A stretch of DNA of 63,862 nt, the filler included, from Octopus bimaculoides (lineage: Eukaryota): the NCBI RefSeq assembly GCF_001194135.2. It is 9 parts of 8 records of this genome, joined end to end, with 100 filler letters (N's around TTAATTAATTAA, not from the genome) between each part and the next. Parts side by side here need not be neighbours in the genome. Positions count along the whole stretch, not along the records: positions 62,770 to 63,862 come from NC_068995.1; 8 more parts are not named here. One strand, written 5' to 3'. A program made the translations under genes and the position numbers. Numbering within the stretch: the first letter of the stretch is position 1; every line of letters begins with the position of its first letter. Below the pieces are notes generated by a model, which worked only from the letters and a program-made list of their open reading frames with translations, was not told the origin of the DNA and made no database searches. Shown in pieces: positions 63,145 to 63,862 of the stretch.

Positions 63145-63792
63145 GAAAGAACAAGAATGAAATTTTATGAATAAATGCAACAAAATCCGCTGCAATAATC
63201 AGAGAGAGAATTATTCCCCTGTGAATTCGTCAATATTCAACAACAAATCTTCATACACATCTTTAAAATGTGGTGGCCAGATTTTCGGAGAGCTTAAATA
63301 CTCTGGTCAACATAGCATTTAAACCATATCATACCCAAATATTCTACCTGTTTTACGTTCAGGTTTCTCACACCAACCCTATGACAGCATGCTAATAGTA
63401 AACAATCACTGCATCGAAATCTCGAAGCTACAAGGTAATGCATGATAAATTCAAAACTGTGAATAAATAAGCTTTAAATTTGACTGAGTAACCTGAAAAC
63501 TAAAGGGTTAATAGTACAAATGAGCTGACCATGCCTGACGTGATTTTAGAATGATGAAGTTCGATTAAGAACTGCATATACTGGACACCAAACAGCGAAC
63601 TGTACTATCATAGGCAACAAGTTAACGAAGGAACTTTTAGAAAAAGTTACAAAACCTCCTTCAAACTACATCTTGCCATCTTCAATAATGAAAGAGACAT
63701 TAACTAATGTACCCCTACGTATCTGTAAAAAGACTAGACAGTCACGCCTGGGGCACATTCTAAGACTATACTCGATCAAAGTTATCCTGGAG

Positions 63793-63862
<70 letters not shown>

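Noticed and set aside
63560-63780. Possible Penelope GIY-YIG remnant (IG..EGTFRKSYKTSFKL)
   Set aside because: Similarity is too weak to call by eye; needs an HMM search

Overview
This is animal genomic DNA from a fragmented draft assembly. The SINE families, RTE LINEs and microsatellite load suggest an octopus or other coleoid cephalopod (inference). Positions 1-16 kb (+) hold 12 internal coding exons of CNOT3 (CCR4-NOT subunit 3). All splice sites are GT-AG and the frame is continuous for 1552 nt. The first exons lie upstream of the window. The C-terminal NOT-box exons were not found, and the scaffold piece ends at an artificial 100-bp join at 20142. Eight such N44-TTAATTAATTAA-N44 joins split the window into separate pieces. 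The rest is transposon debris (RTE and Dong/R4-type LINEs, Penelope-like, Tc1/mariner, hAT- and piggyBac-like MITEs, Helitrons, SINEs) and simple repeats, plus a GC-rich piece at 33.3-37.7 kb that looks like a gene 5' end. The most interesting signal is RNA structure in the CNOT3 introns. There are four minimal type-I hammerhead ribozyme motifs, and each is either antisense to the host gene or locked in a long fold-back. Two sit as mirror images in a 318-bp palindrome, and one has a U3-A8 core. There is also a 44-bp pre-miRNA-like hairpin next to a possible truncating terminal exon. All folding was done by eye and no searches were run.
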